Assembly (NCBI GenBank): GCA_965261595.1
Contig: CBDHDG010000006.1
Coordinates: 1,184,001 to 1,248,000, forward strand
Length of the DNA: 64,000 bases
Source: a bacterium
Lineage (GTDB): Bacteria; UBA8248; JACPRG01; G963555815
Reading direction: 5' to 3'
Both the position numbers and the translations under genes were made by a program. The notes below the pieces were generated by a model that had not been told where the DNA came from, searched no databases, and worked only from the letters and a program-made list of their open reading frames with translations. Below are positions 54,141 to 64,000 of the stretch, piece by piece; position 1 is the stretch's first letter, and each line of letters starts with the position of its first letter.

Positions 54141-55034
54141 TCACCGGAAGAAGGTCTCGGACTCCGGGACCTCGCGCTCTTCTTCCAGGAGACGCCGCTG
54201 CTCCTCCACGGTCGGCACGGCGGTCGATTCGAGATACTCCCGGGTGAACCCGTCCGCCAGCCCCTTCGCCCCCGAGCGGACCTCCCCCCGGACGGAGGCG
54301 TATATCTGGTCGAATTTCAGCGCCATGATCTTCTTCCGGATGTTCCGATACTCCTCCAGATGATAAGGGACCCGGCGCGGCGTGTTCTTCCAGGAGGTCA
54401 GCTCGCCCGTGCTCGGGGAGATCATGATCGTGTCGCCGGGGAAGAGGATCCCCCCGTGACGTCCGTACAACAGACAAAGCCCCCCCTCGAATTGGGCGGG
54501 GATGTGATGGACCCGAATCGCGTCGTCCAGGTCCAGCGATTCGGCGTCGAAGAATTCCACGTTGGGGTAACCGGCGGGCCAAGCCTTGTCCGCTACATGC
54601 ATCCGGATGGGGGCCTCGAATCGCGTGGAGAACTCGTCCATGGCCCCGTAGTAGTGCGGGTGCGAGAGGATGATGGTCTTCAGCCCGCCCCGCGAGGCGA
54701 TCCACGCCTCCAGGTCATCGGTCAGGAGCGGCTGCATGTCCATGAGGACGTTTCCGCCGGGCCGCTCGATGAACCAGGCGTAGTGGCGGATTCCCAGGAC
54801 CGGATGGACGTGGAGCCGCCAGACGTCCTCTTCCAGTTGGACGATGTCCATCGTGTGGTCCGCCCGAGCGGCGTCCGGGTCGGCGAACCGCTCCCGATCG
54901 CCCGTGGGCTCCGGGACATACCGGTTGGCGCAACCCAGACACTCGGGGAGGGGGGGGGATTCACCCGCCCGGACGAACGTCCGGTTGCCGCAGTACGTGC
55001 AGATCAAAGGGGATCGTGACATCAGGGTCGTCAC
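54141..55034 (-). CDS. Metallo-beta-lactamase-fold hydrolase with N-terminal CxxC...CxxC
   Basis: CTYC..CLGC, ILSHPHYYG, LFPGDT. Confidence 0.8.
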   Translation of the reverse strand: MTTLMSRSPLICTYCGNRTFVRAGESPPLPECLGCANRYVPEPTGDRERFADPDAARADHTMDIVQLEEDVWRLHVHPVLGIRHYAWFIERPGGNVLMDMQPLLTDDLEAWIASRGGLKTIILSHPHYYGAMDEFSTRFEAPIRMHVADKAWPAGYPNVEFFDAESLDLDDAIRVHHIPAQFEGGLCLLYGRHGGILFPGDTIMISPSTGELTSWKNTPRRVPYHLEEYRNIRKKIMALKFDQIYASVRGEVRSGAKGLADGFTREYLESTAVPTVEEQRRLLEEEREVPESETFFR

Positions 55035-55077
55035 CTGGGCCGAGGGCCGAATGGATGCCTCGGTTGGGACGTCGGGC

Positions 55078-57063
55078 CTATGCGGACGCCTCCTCCAAGC
55101 CCTCCCGTTTATATCGAGACCACAGAAGCAGAAAGAGCCCCCCCCCCACGATAGCGCCGGGGATGTGCCAGTAAAGGGTCGGGCCGATCAGGCCGATCCC
55201 CGCGACAAAGAACAAGATCCGCTTGACGGGATCGAGGGGGACGAAGGCGTAGTTCTGAATCGCGATGGCCATGGATACGATCCCGCCCAACGCGAAGATG
55301 ATGCCCACCGTGACCTTCCCCGCCGAGCCGATCAGGAGCAGGGACGGGTCCACGACGAACATGAAGGGGAGGAGAAACGCTGGCAGGGCGAGCTTCATGG
55401 CCTCGATGGCCGTGGGCATGATCAGCGAGCGGGCGATGGCGGCGGCCGCGTAGCTGGTGGGCGCCGTCGGCGGTGTAATGGCCGAAAAAGCGCTGAAGAA
55501 GATCACGAACAGGTGCGCCTGCGGGACGAGGATTTTCTCCGGCATGCCGAGGCTCTGCATCATCGTGATGAGGGCCGGAATCGCGATGCCCACCTGGATG
55601 ATGTACGCGGAGGAGAGAGGGAGCCCCATCCCGAGGACAATCGAGGTGAGCATGATGAAGACAAGCGCGAGGAAGAGGCTCCCCCCCGCGAAGTCCACGA
55701 GGAGGCCCGAGAATTTGACGGCGACGCCCGTGAGATCGAATATCCCGACCATGATGCCCGAGGTGATGATGGCGACGGCCACGATGGTCGCCTGGAGGCT
55801 CCCCTGGACCAAGGCGTCCCAGATGCGCCGTAGACCCATCTGGTTCTCTCTCTTCCAAACCACATAAATCCCCCGGGCGTTCATCCGCCCCGGTTTTTTC
55901 TTCATGGCGACGATGACCTGCATAAGCGCCCAGATCCAACAGACGATAAGAATCCCGCCGATGCACCGGACGACCGCATAACCCGGGCTGTAACCGGCCA
56001 CCAGGAGATAGATCAGGATGATCAGCGGCAGGGCCAGATATCCCCGCCCCTTCACGATCTTCTTGAGATCCGGCAGATCTTCCTTCGGGATGGTCGGAAT
56101 CTTTTCCTTCACCGAGTAGATGTGGACCATGATCCCCACGCTCAGGAAGTAGAGAACCGCCGGCAGGACGATCAGTTTCATGATCCGGGCGTAGGGAATC
56201 CCCGTGTACTCCGCCATCAGGAACCCGACCGACGCCATGACGGGCGGCATGATGAGCCCGCCGGTGGAGGCCGCCGCCTCCACCGCCGCCGCCACGTGGG
56301 CCTTGAAGCCGATCTTCTTCATCATGGGGATGGTGAAAGACCCCGTGATCACGGCGTTCGCGGTGCTGCTGCCCGAGATCGACCCCATCAGCCCGCTGGA
56401 CAGGACAGCCACCTTCGCCGGACCTCCCCGGAACTGGCCCGCGACGGCCGTGGCGAAGTCGATGGTGAACTGCCCGAACCCGGATTTTTCGAGAAACGCC
56501 CCAAACACGATGAACAGGAAGATGAACGTCGCGGAAATGCCCGTAGGCAAGCCGAACAGGCCGTCGGGCAGGAAATACTGGTTGTCCACCACCAGAGAGG
56601 CCGAATAACCCAGGTGGTAGAACAACCAGGGCATCCACGGCCCCACGAAGGCAAAGACGACGACGAGGATGGTGAGGGCCATCAGCGGCCATCCAATGAC
56701 CCGGCGGCAGCACTCCAAGACAACGCCCATGGCGCCGAACGCAAGGATCTTGTCAAAAACCGAGAAGGTGTCGACATGCCCGATGTGTTCGCTGATCCAT
56801 TCGTAGTGATAGAAGATATAGCCCATCGACGTCAGCCAGAAGAGCAGGATCAGGCCGTCATACCAGGGGAATCTGTCCGTATCCCGGTTTTTAAGAACCG
56901 GATAGGCCATCAAGCTGAGGGAAAACATGAAGGTGACATGAATAACGCGGTGGAGATAGGCCTCCGGCTGGCCGAAAACACCCGTCCAGATGTGATAGAT
57001 GGAAGAGCCCGCGGCAATCAGGCTCAACACCATCCAGGCCCGACCCTTCAGTTGTCTCTGCAT
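55078..57063 (-). CDS. TRAP transporter fused 4TM/12TM permease (TAXI type)
   Basis: GGPAKVAV.SS..MGSISGS, EAAASTGG.IMPPVM, ITPP.A. Confidence 0.93.
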   Translation of the reverse strand: MQRQLKGRAWMVLSLIAAGSSIYHIWTGVFGQPEAYLHRVIHVTFMFSLSLMAYPVLKNRDTDRFPWYDGLILLFWLTSMGYIFYHYEWISEHIGHVDTFSVFDKILAFGAMGVVLECCRRVIGWPLMALTILVVVFAFVGPWMPWLFYHLGYSASLVVDNQYFLPDGLFGLPTGISATFIFLFIVFGAFLEKSGFGQFTIDFATAVAGQFRGGPAKVAVLSSGLMGSISGSSTANAVITGSFTIPMMKKIGFKAHVAAAVEAAASTGGLIMPPVMASVGFLMAEYTGIPYARIMKLIVLPAVLYFLSVGIMVHIYSVKEKIPTIPKEDLPDLKKIVKGRGYLALPLIILIYLLVAGYSPGYAVVRCIGGILIVCWIWALMQVIVAMKKKPGRMNARGIYVVWKRENQMGLRRIWDALVQGSLQATIVAVAIITSGIMVGIFDLTGVAVKFSGLLVDFAGGSLFLALVFIMLTSIVLGMGLPLSSAYIIQVGIAIPALITMMQSLGMPEKILVPQAHLFVIFFSAFSAITPPTAPTSYAAAAIARSLIMPTAIEAMKLALPAFLLPFMFVVDPSLLLIGSAGKVTVGIIFALGGIVSMAIAIQNYAFVPLDPVKRILFFVAGIGLIGPTLYWHIPGAIVGGGLFLLLWSRYKREGLEEASA

Positions 57064-57278
57064 CTCAGGCCGCCTTGCGAGCGTTCACTGCGGGGGAGAA
57101 GCCTTCAGGAGGGATCAGCGGTCAGCCGCCCCCCCTTCCCCCCCCCGGCCACCGGGCGCGTGGGCGCACACTCCGGCGAGTTTCTCAGATCCGGCAACGG
57201 ACTTCAAACGAAATAAAACGGGGCCGGCGCACGGGCGCCGACCCCGTCGAGGCTGACGGTATCAACCGGAACCAAGCC

Positions 57279-58235
57279 CTACAGGGCGCCTACCTCCTTG
57301 AGATATTTCGTCAAGCCGGGGTGGCGCTTGGCGCCCAGGTCCTGCGTGGCGGATTTCGCGGTCACCCTTTTGAAGTTCGGGTTGACCTTTCTCATGTAAT
57401 CCAGGTTGCCGTACATCGCCTTGGCCATCTTATAGACCAGATTTGTCGAAACCTTCGCGCTGGTGACAACGATCTGGTAGGTCTGCACGACCTGGACGTC
57501 CTTCGCCCGGTTGTAGTACTTCTTCTCCAGCGTCACCGGGACGAGGGCGGGCTGAACCGAGCGGATCTTGCGGACATCCTCGTTGGTGAAGTTGAGGATG
57601 CGGATCGGCTTATGCGCCGCAAGCTGGATGAGCGGGGCGTATCGCTTTTCCCCCGGCCCCATGTAGGCGTCGATGTGGCCGTCTTTCATCTGCGAAACGG
57701 AATCGTTGAACCCCAGGTGAAGCGTCTTGGCGAAATCCTTGTAGGACATCCCGAGACCCTTCAGCATCTGCTTGTTCATGGCCTGGGCGGAGAATCGCTT
57801 GGGCATGGCGCTGACGCGCTTGCCCTTGAGCTGTGACCAATGCGTGATGCCGGAATCGGCCCAAACCACCCAGGTCATCATCTGGTTGTACTGAACGGCG
57901 GCGATTCTCAGGTCCGAGGTGTCCTTTCCCTTGAATGGCCCTCTGCCTTTGAGCGCGTCGGAGACCGTCGAGGCGAAGGTCAAGCCCATCGCAATCTTGC
58001 CGCTCAACGAGTTCAGGGCGTTGGCCACACCGCCGCCGATATCCAGGCTCACCTTGTCGCCGTACTCCTTATCCATCAGCCGCTGGATGGCGGTCCCGAT
58101 GGGATACCACGCGCCGCCCGGCTTCGAGACGCCGAACTTGAAGCTTTCCGCCGAGGCCGACGGGGTGATGGCCAGAGCGCCCACCAACAGGAGCGCGCAG
58201 ACGGCCGCGAGACCAACCTTGAAGTGCTTCATCAT
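57279..58235 (-). CDS. TAXI-family TRAP solute-binding protein
   Basis: Signal peptide, GGAWYPIG, MKDGHIDA, HPG..KY.KE.G. Confidence 0.9.
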   Translation of the reverse strand: MMKHFKVGLAAVCALLLVGALAITPSASAESFKFGVSKPGGAWYPIGTAIQRLMDKEYGDKVSLDIGGGVANALNSLSGKIAMGLTFASTVSDALKGRGPFKGKDTSDLRIAAVQYNQMMTWVVWADSGITHWSQLKGKRVSAMPKRFSAQAMNKQMLKGLGMSYKDFAKTLHLGFNDSVSQMKDGHIDAYMGPGEKRYAPLIQLAAHKPIRILNFTNEDVRKIRSVQPALVPVTLEKKYYNRAKDVQVVQTYQIVVTSAKVSTNLVYKMAKAMYGNLDYMRKVNPNFKRVTAKSATQDLGAKRHPGLTKYLKEVGAL

Positions 58236-58326
58236 CTTTTCCTCCTCCTCGCTTCCAGGAATTGAACCGCGTCCTCCGTTCCAACCACCGATTCCGCGGG
58301 CGTGGAGCCCGCGCCCGGATCCTCCT

Positions 58327-59796
58327 TCAAACAACGACCTTGTTCCGGCCCAGGTCCTCGAAAAGCTCGCGATGCTTTTCCCGTGTCGCTTGACGGACCT
58401 TATCCGAGACCCGGTTCATCACCGGATAGTCCTTGAACCACTTGTAATTCTTGCAGGCGTTGATGATGACCTTGGAGTTGAGGTGCATCTCGGGACCCAA
58501 CTTCAATCTCACCTCGGGCGACAGGCTCGGGTCCAGGGACGAGCCCCAGGTCTCTTTGATGATGTCCATCGATTCTTCGGGGTTGCAGCGCGTAACGACG
58601 GCCCACATGACGTCTTCCAGGCTTGTGATGTCGATGTCGTCATCCACGACCACCACGTACTTGATGAAGTAGGCCGTTCCCCGGGCGCCGGCCGCCACCA
58701 GCGCAGCCGATTTGGCGTGCCCCGCGAAACGCTGGCGGATGGACACGACCGTCATGAGGCGGCTCACCGGCTGCCAGACCCCAACCACTTCGGGAATCCC
58801 GGACTTCTCGAGGGCGTCCCACGTATCCGCCGCCAGCAGGGGTATCCCGGTATAAGGCCCGACCGGCGGCTTGAGCGGGGGGACGCCGAAAATGATCGGG
58901 TCGTTCCGGTGATAAACAGCGTCGATTTTGACGACGGGCTGGGGGTGCGGTCCCGACGCGTAATAGCCGGTGAACTCGCCGAACGGGCCTTCCATGCGAT
59001 TCTCGACTTCCATCGGGGGGATGTGACCCTCGATGACGATCTCCGCCGTGGCCGGAAAGGGGAGACCCGTCAACGGCCCATGAACGACCTCCAACGGCTC
59101 GCCCCGCAGATGCCCGATGTAATCGAATTCGCTGGTCCCGTAAGGGAAGAAAAACCCGGCCGGTATCCACGTCAGGGGCTCCTGGCCGAAGGAGATGACC
59201 ACGGGGAGACTCTCGCCTCGGGCGTGGGCCTTCTGGAGGAAAATCGCCGGGGTCTTGCCGGGCAAGGGGAGGATGCCGATGGTGTCGCGATCGAACACCA
59301 TATTCCGCTGGGCCGCCACGTTGATCCAGTCGCCCTCGGGGTCTTTCATGATGACCATGTTCCCCGTCCCGATGAAGGCACCGGGATCATGCTCATGCCA
59401 GCGGGGGGCCGGAAACTTGAGGATATCGACATCATCCCCACGGAAGACGTTCTCGAAAACCGGACCGTCCTTCACCACCCTCGGCGGAATCGGCTGATAA
59501 GCCGCCACCTTGTTCTTCCAATACCGCAGCGCCTCCATGGGCGGGGTGTCCGGATCGATCCCCAACGCCAGGGCGTTGCGCCGGACGTTGGTCAGGATGT
59601 TGGAGAGAACCCGGTATCCCTTGGGATAACCCTTGACCTGATCGAAGAGCAGGGCCGGATGACCCATGAGGTCTTCCTCCGCAATCATTTCGGTCAGGGC
59701 GCCGATCTCCAGGTCGGTCTCCGCACCATCGATCCGATGGAGCTCTCCAATCCGATCACACTCATCGATGAACTCTCGAAGGTCTTGAAAGATCAC
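58327..59796 (-). CDS. UbiD-family prFMN-dependent (de)carboxylase
   Basis: DLREFI, PALLFD.VKGY, EGPFGEFTGYY, VVVDDDID. Confidence 0.93.
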   Translation of the reverse strand: MIFQDLREFIDECDRIGELHRIDGAETDLEIGALTEMIAEEDLMGHPALLFDQVKGYPKGYRVLSNILTNVRRNALALGIDPDTPPMEALRYWKNKVAAYQPIPPRVVKDGPVFENVFRGDDVDILKFPAPRWHEHDPGAFIGTGNMVIMKDPEGDWINVAAQRNMVFDRDTIGILPLPGKTPAIFLQKAHARGESLPVVISFGQEPLTWIPAGFFFPYGTSEFDYIGHLRGEPLEVVHGPLTGLPFPATAEIVIEGHIPPMEVENRMEGPFGEFTGYYASGPHPQPVVKIDAVYHRNDPIIFGVPPLKPPVGPYTGIPLLAADTWDALEKSGIPEVVGVWQPVSRLMTVVSIRQRFAGHAKSAALVAAGARGTAYFIKYVVVVDDDIDITSLEDVMWAVVTRCNPEESMDIIKETWGSSLDPSLSPEVRLKLGPEMHLNSKVIINACKNYKWFKDYPVMNRVSDKVRQATREKHRELFEDLGRNKVVV

Positions 59797-59955
59797 CCCG
59801 GAAATCTCCCTTCTCGGGTGGGGGACGAGGAAAGGGGCCTCCTCACTGCCGGGTGTGCGGCCCGGAGACGGCCGGACTCAGGTGCGTCCCGCATGTTCGA
59901 ATTCCCTCAACGGTACACAATCCGCCCAATCCGCGTCAACCGAAAATCAATCGGG

Positions 59956-60860
59956 GGTGATGTACCGTTTTGTGTGTAGAAAGTGTTTTCGGGCAAAAAG
60001 AGAGGGTGTACTCTTCCTGGGAGCAAGAAACCCATTTTGGAGGAGCACACCCAATGCAACCGAAGTTGCTTTTTGGGGATAAGGATTTGGGCCGGGCATT
60101 TCAAGAGCTGAATGAGACGTGGGAGGTGGAGTTGCCCATCGAGGCGAGCCTGAAAGGGTTTTTGGAGGGCCTGATGGCCGAGGAGCGGGCCGTCTACCTG
60201 GCGGCCGGGTTCCGGGAGCGCACGCCCAAGCGGCGCGACTGGGCCAACGGCCACTACGTCCGGGACCTGGGGACCGAGGGGGGGCTGATCCGCGCCCTGC
60301 GTGTGCCCCGGGTTCGCGGCGGCGGCTTTCAGAGCCGGGCGTTCGCGCTACCGGCGCCGCCGGGCGGTGGTGGACCGCACGCTTCGCGATTGCTTCCTGG
60401 CCGGGGTGTCCACCCGCCGGGTGGGGGCGTGCGTGAAGGGGTTGTTGGGTGAAGCGGTGAGCGCCTCCACCGTCTCGCGGGTGTGCACGGCGCTCAGCCG
60501 AGACGTTGCGGCGTTCCACGACCGCCCTTTGAGCGACCACTACCGTTGTGTGTTCCTGGATGGCCTGGCTTTCAAGGTGCGCGGGGCGTCGAGAAGCCGG
60601 CGCAAGGTCCTTTTGTGCGCGATGGGCGTCACACTCGCGGGCCGGCGGGAGATCATCGACTTCCGTCTGGCCGACTCGGAGAGCGAGGCCACATGGACGA
60701 AGTTCCTCGACGACCTCTACCACCGGGGGCTTTTGGGTCACTCCCTTCGCCTCATCATCACCGACGGCAACCCGGGGCTGTTGGCGGCGCTGGAGGTGGT
60801 CTACCCCTTCACGCCCCATCAGCGGTGCTGGTTTCACAAGATGGAAAACGTGGTTAAAAT
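59956..60860 (+). mobile_element. IS256-family element remnant (frameshifted, 3'-truncated transposase from 60054)
   Basis: NGHY.R.L.T..G.I..LRVPR.R, GVSTRRV, VFLDG, ITDG.PGL, QRC.FHK.EN; 2-bp slip near 60345; ends after MENV. Confidence 0.85.
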
Positions 60861-61067
60861 ATCTCACCTCGCCAATGGTGCGACCGAGAACGCTGTGCTG
60901 AGATAAAGTGCTGTAAACATTGAATTTATTTTTCATTATCCCGTCTCTTGCCCCTTGCATTCCCGCCACGCTTGTGCTCAAATACGCACCGATTTGATGC
61001 AGCGTGTGTTCTATTTGATTACGGAATTGCATACCGAATCACCATAGAACAAAGGCAAGGAGCGACC

Positions 61068-61852
61068 ATGCCCAGAAGGAGCGAGCTCAGGATCACCAAA
61101 CGCACCGTGGATGCACTCACCGTCGATGCCACGGATGGCGTCTTCTGGGACCGGGACCTGGCGGGCTTCGGGGTGCGGGTCCATGCCACGGGTCGCAAGG
61201 TCTACGTAGTGCAGTCCCGGGGGCCGGCCGGACCGAAGCGAGTGACCCTCGGACGGCATGGGGACATGTCGACCGAGGAGGCGAGGAAGCGGGCGGCCGT
61301 GGTCATCGACCGCATCAAGCGGGGGGAGGACCCCGTGCCCGCGCCGCCCGAGCCGGAGCTCACGTTGACTGTCCGAACGGTTCCTGCGCACCCATGTCAA
61401 AGCCGAGCACCGTTGCAACGTACCGGAGCGTGCTCGACAAGCACATTCTTCCCACCCTGGGCGCGATGTCAATCAACGAGGTAGGACGAAGAGAGATTTC
61501 CGCGCTGCATCACCGGCTTCGTGACACGCCTGCAATGGCCAACCGGACGGTCAAGGTTCTGTCGAGAATGTTCTCGTTGGCGGAAGCCTGGGAAAGACTG
61601 CCGCCCGGCCGGAATCCGTGCCGGTCGGTGCGCCGCTACAAGGAGAGGTCGTGCGAGCGGTTTCTGACGCCGGAGGAGTTCCGGCGGCTGGGCCGTGTGT
61701 TGAGGGACGCGGAAACGGACGGCTCGGTGTGGCCGCCGGTGATTGCGGCGCTCCGGCTGCTGCTGCTGACCGGATGCCGGAAGAGCGAGATCCTGACGTT
61801 GCGCTGGGAATTTATGGATCGCTTTTTTCCACGCGATGCGGCGGTTGCATAA
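61068..61852 (+). pseudogene. Tyrosine recombinase/integrase remnant (arm-binding domain, frameshifted, truncated)
   Basis: WDRDLAGFGVRV..TGRK, LLLLTGCRKSEILTLRW; lacks HxxR and the catalytic Tyr. Confidence 0.85.
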
Positions 61853-61862
61853 CATATTGATA
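61850..61862. promoter_or_regulatory. IHF-consensus site
   Basis: TAACATATTGATA fits YAANNNNTTGATW in an AT-rich patch. Confidence 0.4.
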
Positions 61863-62566
61863 TTATATGTAGATATCTGTTTCTCCATGCTTCCTGACTG
61901 ACGGCTTCCTGCAAAGTTCAACACTATTTCAACACGGGGATCGGGTAGTACCGAGGCGCGCTCCTGACGCCGTGTGCCGCCGCCGATCCGCCGTTTCCGC
62001 CGATTCGAGACCATCGGCCGCGCGAATCGTAGCCGTTCGGACTCCGGCCCGGAGCCGCCCCGAACCCGGAACCCCCCCGCCGGCGAGGGCCGCAATGATG
62101 GCGTTGACCAACGCCCTCGCGTTGCCGGTGCCCGTCCGTGGCCGCGAACCAATGCCGCGGGCGATCCCGTTCCAGGCGGTTCATCTCCATTCCGGAACGA
62201 TACCGTTCTCCCGGAGGAACTCTTCCGCCAACTCCGCAATCTGCTCTTCCCGGGAGGCGCAGAAGGCATGAACCGCACCCTCGTCGCGGACGTCACGCCG
62301 TTCGTGATGGCAATCGCGATGTGTGCGGCGGCGTTGGCAGCTTGGCGCGGAATCGCTCAGACATCAAGCAGATTCCGGGCGAGGTTCGCGGCATCTGCGG
62401 ACGCATCAAGAAACACAACAGTTTCGAGTGCCATCAACCAGGAACGGGCTGCAACCGGGTCTCCTACCCTTGCTTCCGCGACGATTCAGTCTTGAAATTC
62501 GCACCAATTTTGTGCAGTATAGAGCAGACTCATCGACGGCAATGGCCGATAGTTGGAGCAAATCTA

Positions 62567-63853
62567 ATGCTGTACTTGTCACGCGTACAACTGAGCAACG
62601 TCCGATGCTTTGACGCGCTAGATCTTACACTTAGCCGTCCGGATACTGAACCACCGGGGTGGAACCTCATTTTAGGTGATAACGCAACTGGTAAATCGAC
62701 ACTTCTTCGAAGTATCGCAATAGGTCTGTGTGATGAGGCAAGCGCAGCCGGTTTGCTGAAGGAATCGGACGAAGGGTACATCCGGCGAAGGGAAACCAAG
62801 GCGGCTATTGTGATTTCGTTGCACGATCCAAACGCGCCAGGCAAGAAATTTCGTATCAAGACGGAAGTGACCCGTGAAGAGAAAAGACACGGTATCTTTG
62901 CCGATAAAGTACGACAGAGGACCTATCCTTCAGGTAAGGAGTTTCCTTGGGAGACGTTGTTTGTCTCTGCGTACGGCGCTGGGAGAGGGGTGACGGGCAC
63001 GGGCGATATTTCCTCCTATTCCGCAATCGACGCTGTTTACAACATGTTCAATTACAGCGAAGGGCTTCAGAATCCTGAACTGACCATTCGGCGGCTAATG
63101 GAACATACTGCCGGCAACCAGTTGACGCAGCGTCAGATCTTCCAAGTCTTGCAGACCGCTATAGGAACTAAGGAGATCAAGCTTACCAGCAGTGGCATTC
63201 GAGTGTCCGGTCCATGGGGTGAGGGAATGCCCTTAAGGGATCTTGCTGACGGGTACAGATCCGCTTTTTTGTGGTTGACCGATCTAATTGGGTGGGCTCT
63301 AGCCTTTGATCCTAGTCGAAAAAGCACTGAGGGGATACGCGGAATCGTGTTGGTCGATGAAATCGAGCAACACCTGCACGCCCGATGGCAGCGGACAGCA
63401 ATAGACGATCTCCGAAAGCTCTTTCCTAATGTTCAGTTCATTGCTAGCACGCACTCGCCTCTTGTGGCATCTAGCGTTGGTCCACATTTGGCGAGAAATG
63501 TAACTGACAACCTATTTGTACTTGAACCTCATGAAACTGAGGGCGTGAAGGTTTCGGAACACGAATTCATGCGAGGTTGGAAGATGGACCAAGTGCTGGC
63601 TTCCCGTGCTTTCAAATACCAGGTCCAAGAGGCTTCTTCTACCGAGGAAATGTTGCGGAAGGTTTCTCAGATTGGTGACGTGGATGAACGTACTGAGGAG
63701 GAGAAGAAGCTGTTTGAAGAAATCAAAAATAAACTGAAGCATGCCTTTCTCACCGGAACTACGCCTATCGAACGCATCGCTGAAATTGAGGCGGACAAAG
63801 AGTTGATGGAACGGCTCGCTAAACTCAAAGAGCGGAACTCCGGGGAGCAATGA
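62567..63853 (+). CDS. ABC/AAA_21-type ATPase, Septu PtuA-like
   Basis: NVRCF, GDNATGKST, LADGY, LVDEIEQHLH..WQ, QFIASTHSP; low GC. Confidence 0.85.
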   Translation: MLYLSRVQLSNVRCFDALDLTLSRPDTEPPGWNLILGDNATGKSTLLRSIAIGLCDEASAAGLLKESDEGYIRRRETKAAIVISLHDPNAPGKKFRIKTEVTREEKRHGIFADKVRQRTYPSGKEFPWETLFVSAYGAGRGVTGTGDISSYSAIDAVYNMFNYSEGLQNPELTIRRLMEHTAGNQLTQRQIFQVLQTAIGTKEIKLTSSGIRVSGPWGEGMPLRDLADGYRSAFLWLTDLIGWALAFDPSRKSTEGIRGIVLVDEIEQHLHARWQRTAIDDLRKLFPNVQFIASTHSPLVASSVGPHLARNVTDNLFVLEPHETEGVKVSEHEFMRGWKMDQVLASRAFKYQVQEASSTEEMLRKVSQIGDVDERTEEEKKLFEEIKNKLKHAFLTGTTPIERIAEIEADKELMERLAKLKERNSGEQ

Positions 63854-64000
63854 AGTTGATCCGAATAAAGCGATCTCGTTGTCCGACTGTACTGAAAAAT
63901 GCCACCGCAGATAGCGACAGATATCGCCATCCCAAAGTGGTAAGTAAACTGTGGAAGATGCAGTCTGGGAAGTGCTGCTATTGCGAACAAAAGATTCCTG
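63850..64000 (+). CDS. HNH endonuclease, Septu PtuB-like (partial, runs off the window)
   Basis: ATGA overlap; MKLIRIKRSRCP...V..KLWKMQSGKCCYCE. Confidence 0.75.
   Translation, partial: MKLIRIKRSRCPTVLKNATADSDRYRHPKVVSKLWKMQSGKCCYCEQKIP

Noticed and set aside
29525..59979. Long antisense or alternate-frame ORFs (e.g. 29525-31180, 40655-42271, 57919-59979)
   Set aside because: These are typical high-GC shadow ORFs overlapping well-supported genes, with no family motifs.
61900..62566. Retron ncRNA and RT upstream of the ATPase-HNH pair
   Set aside because: There is no reverse transcriptase ORF and no convincing a1/a2 inverted repeat; the long 62138 start is an upstream extension of the ATPase ORF.

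Overview
High-GC bacterial chromosomal window. The lineage cannot be assigned by eye, but the full-length 16S gene would settle it. It contains one complete rRNA operon on the minus strand (16S, tRNA-Ile, tRNA-Ala, 23S, 5S). Housekeeping genes include tyrS, HU, scpAB-rluB, a pgsA-like gene, bioF-bioA-(rhodanese)-bioD and hsp20. There are many catabolic and transport genes: LLM, nitronate monooxygenase, ThDP enzyme, M24, two RidA, UbiD with TAXI-TRAP, a Mo-bisPGD enzyme and a MetE-like protein. Mobile and decaying DNA is heavy: two 1404-bp IS3-family copies, IS1380, IS1595 and IS256 elements or remnants, an integrase remnant, three REP-like palindrome families and several broken genes. The best candidate for an undescribed system is a translationally coupled three-gene operon between tyrS and the rRNA promoter (24936-28137). 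It encodes an unknown protein with ADP-ribosyltransferase/NADase-like motif spacing, a helical protein, and a KGGVGR-type ParA-like ATPase with TPR repeats. The window ends in a low-GC Septu-like (PtuA ATPase + PtuB HNH) defence locus. All family calls come from motif recognition by eye, not from database searches.
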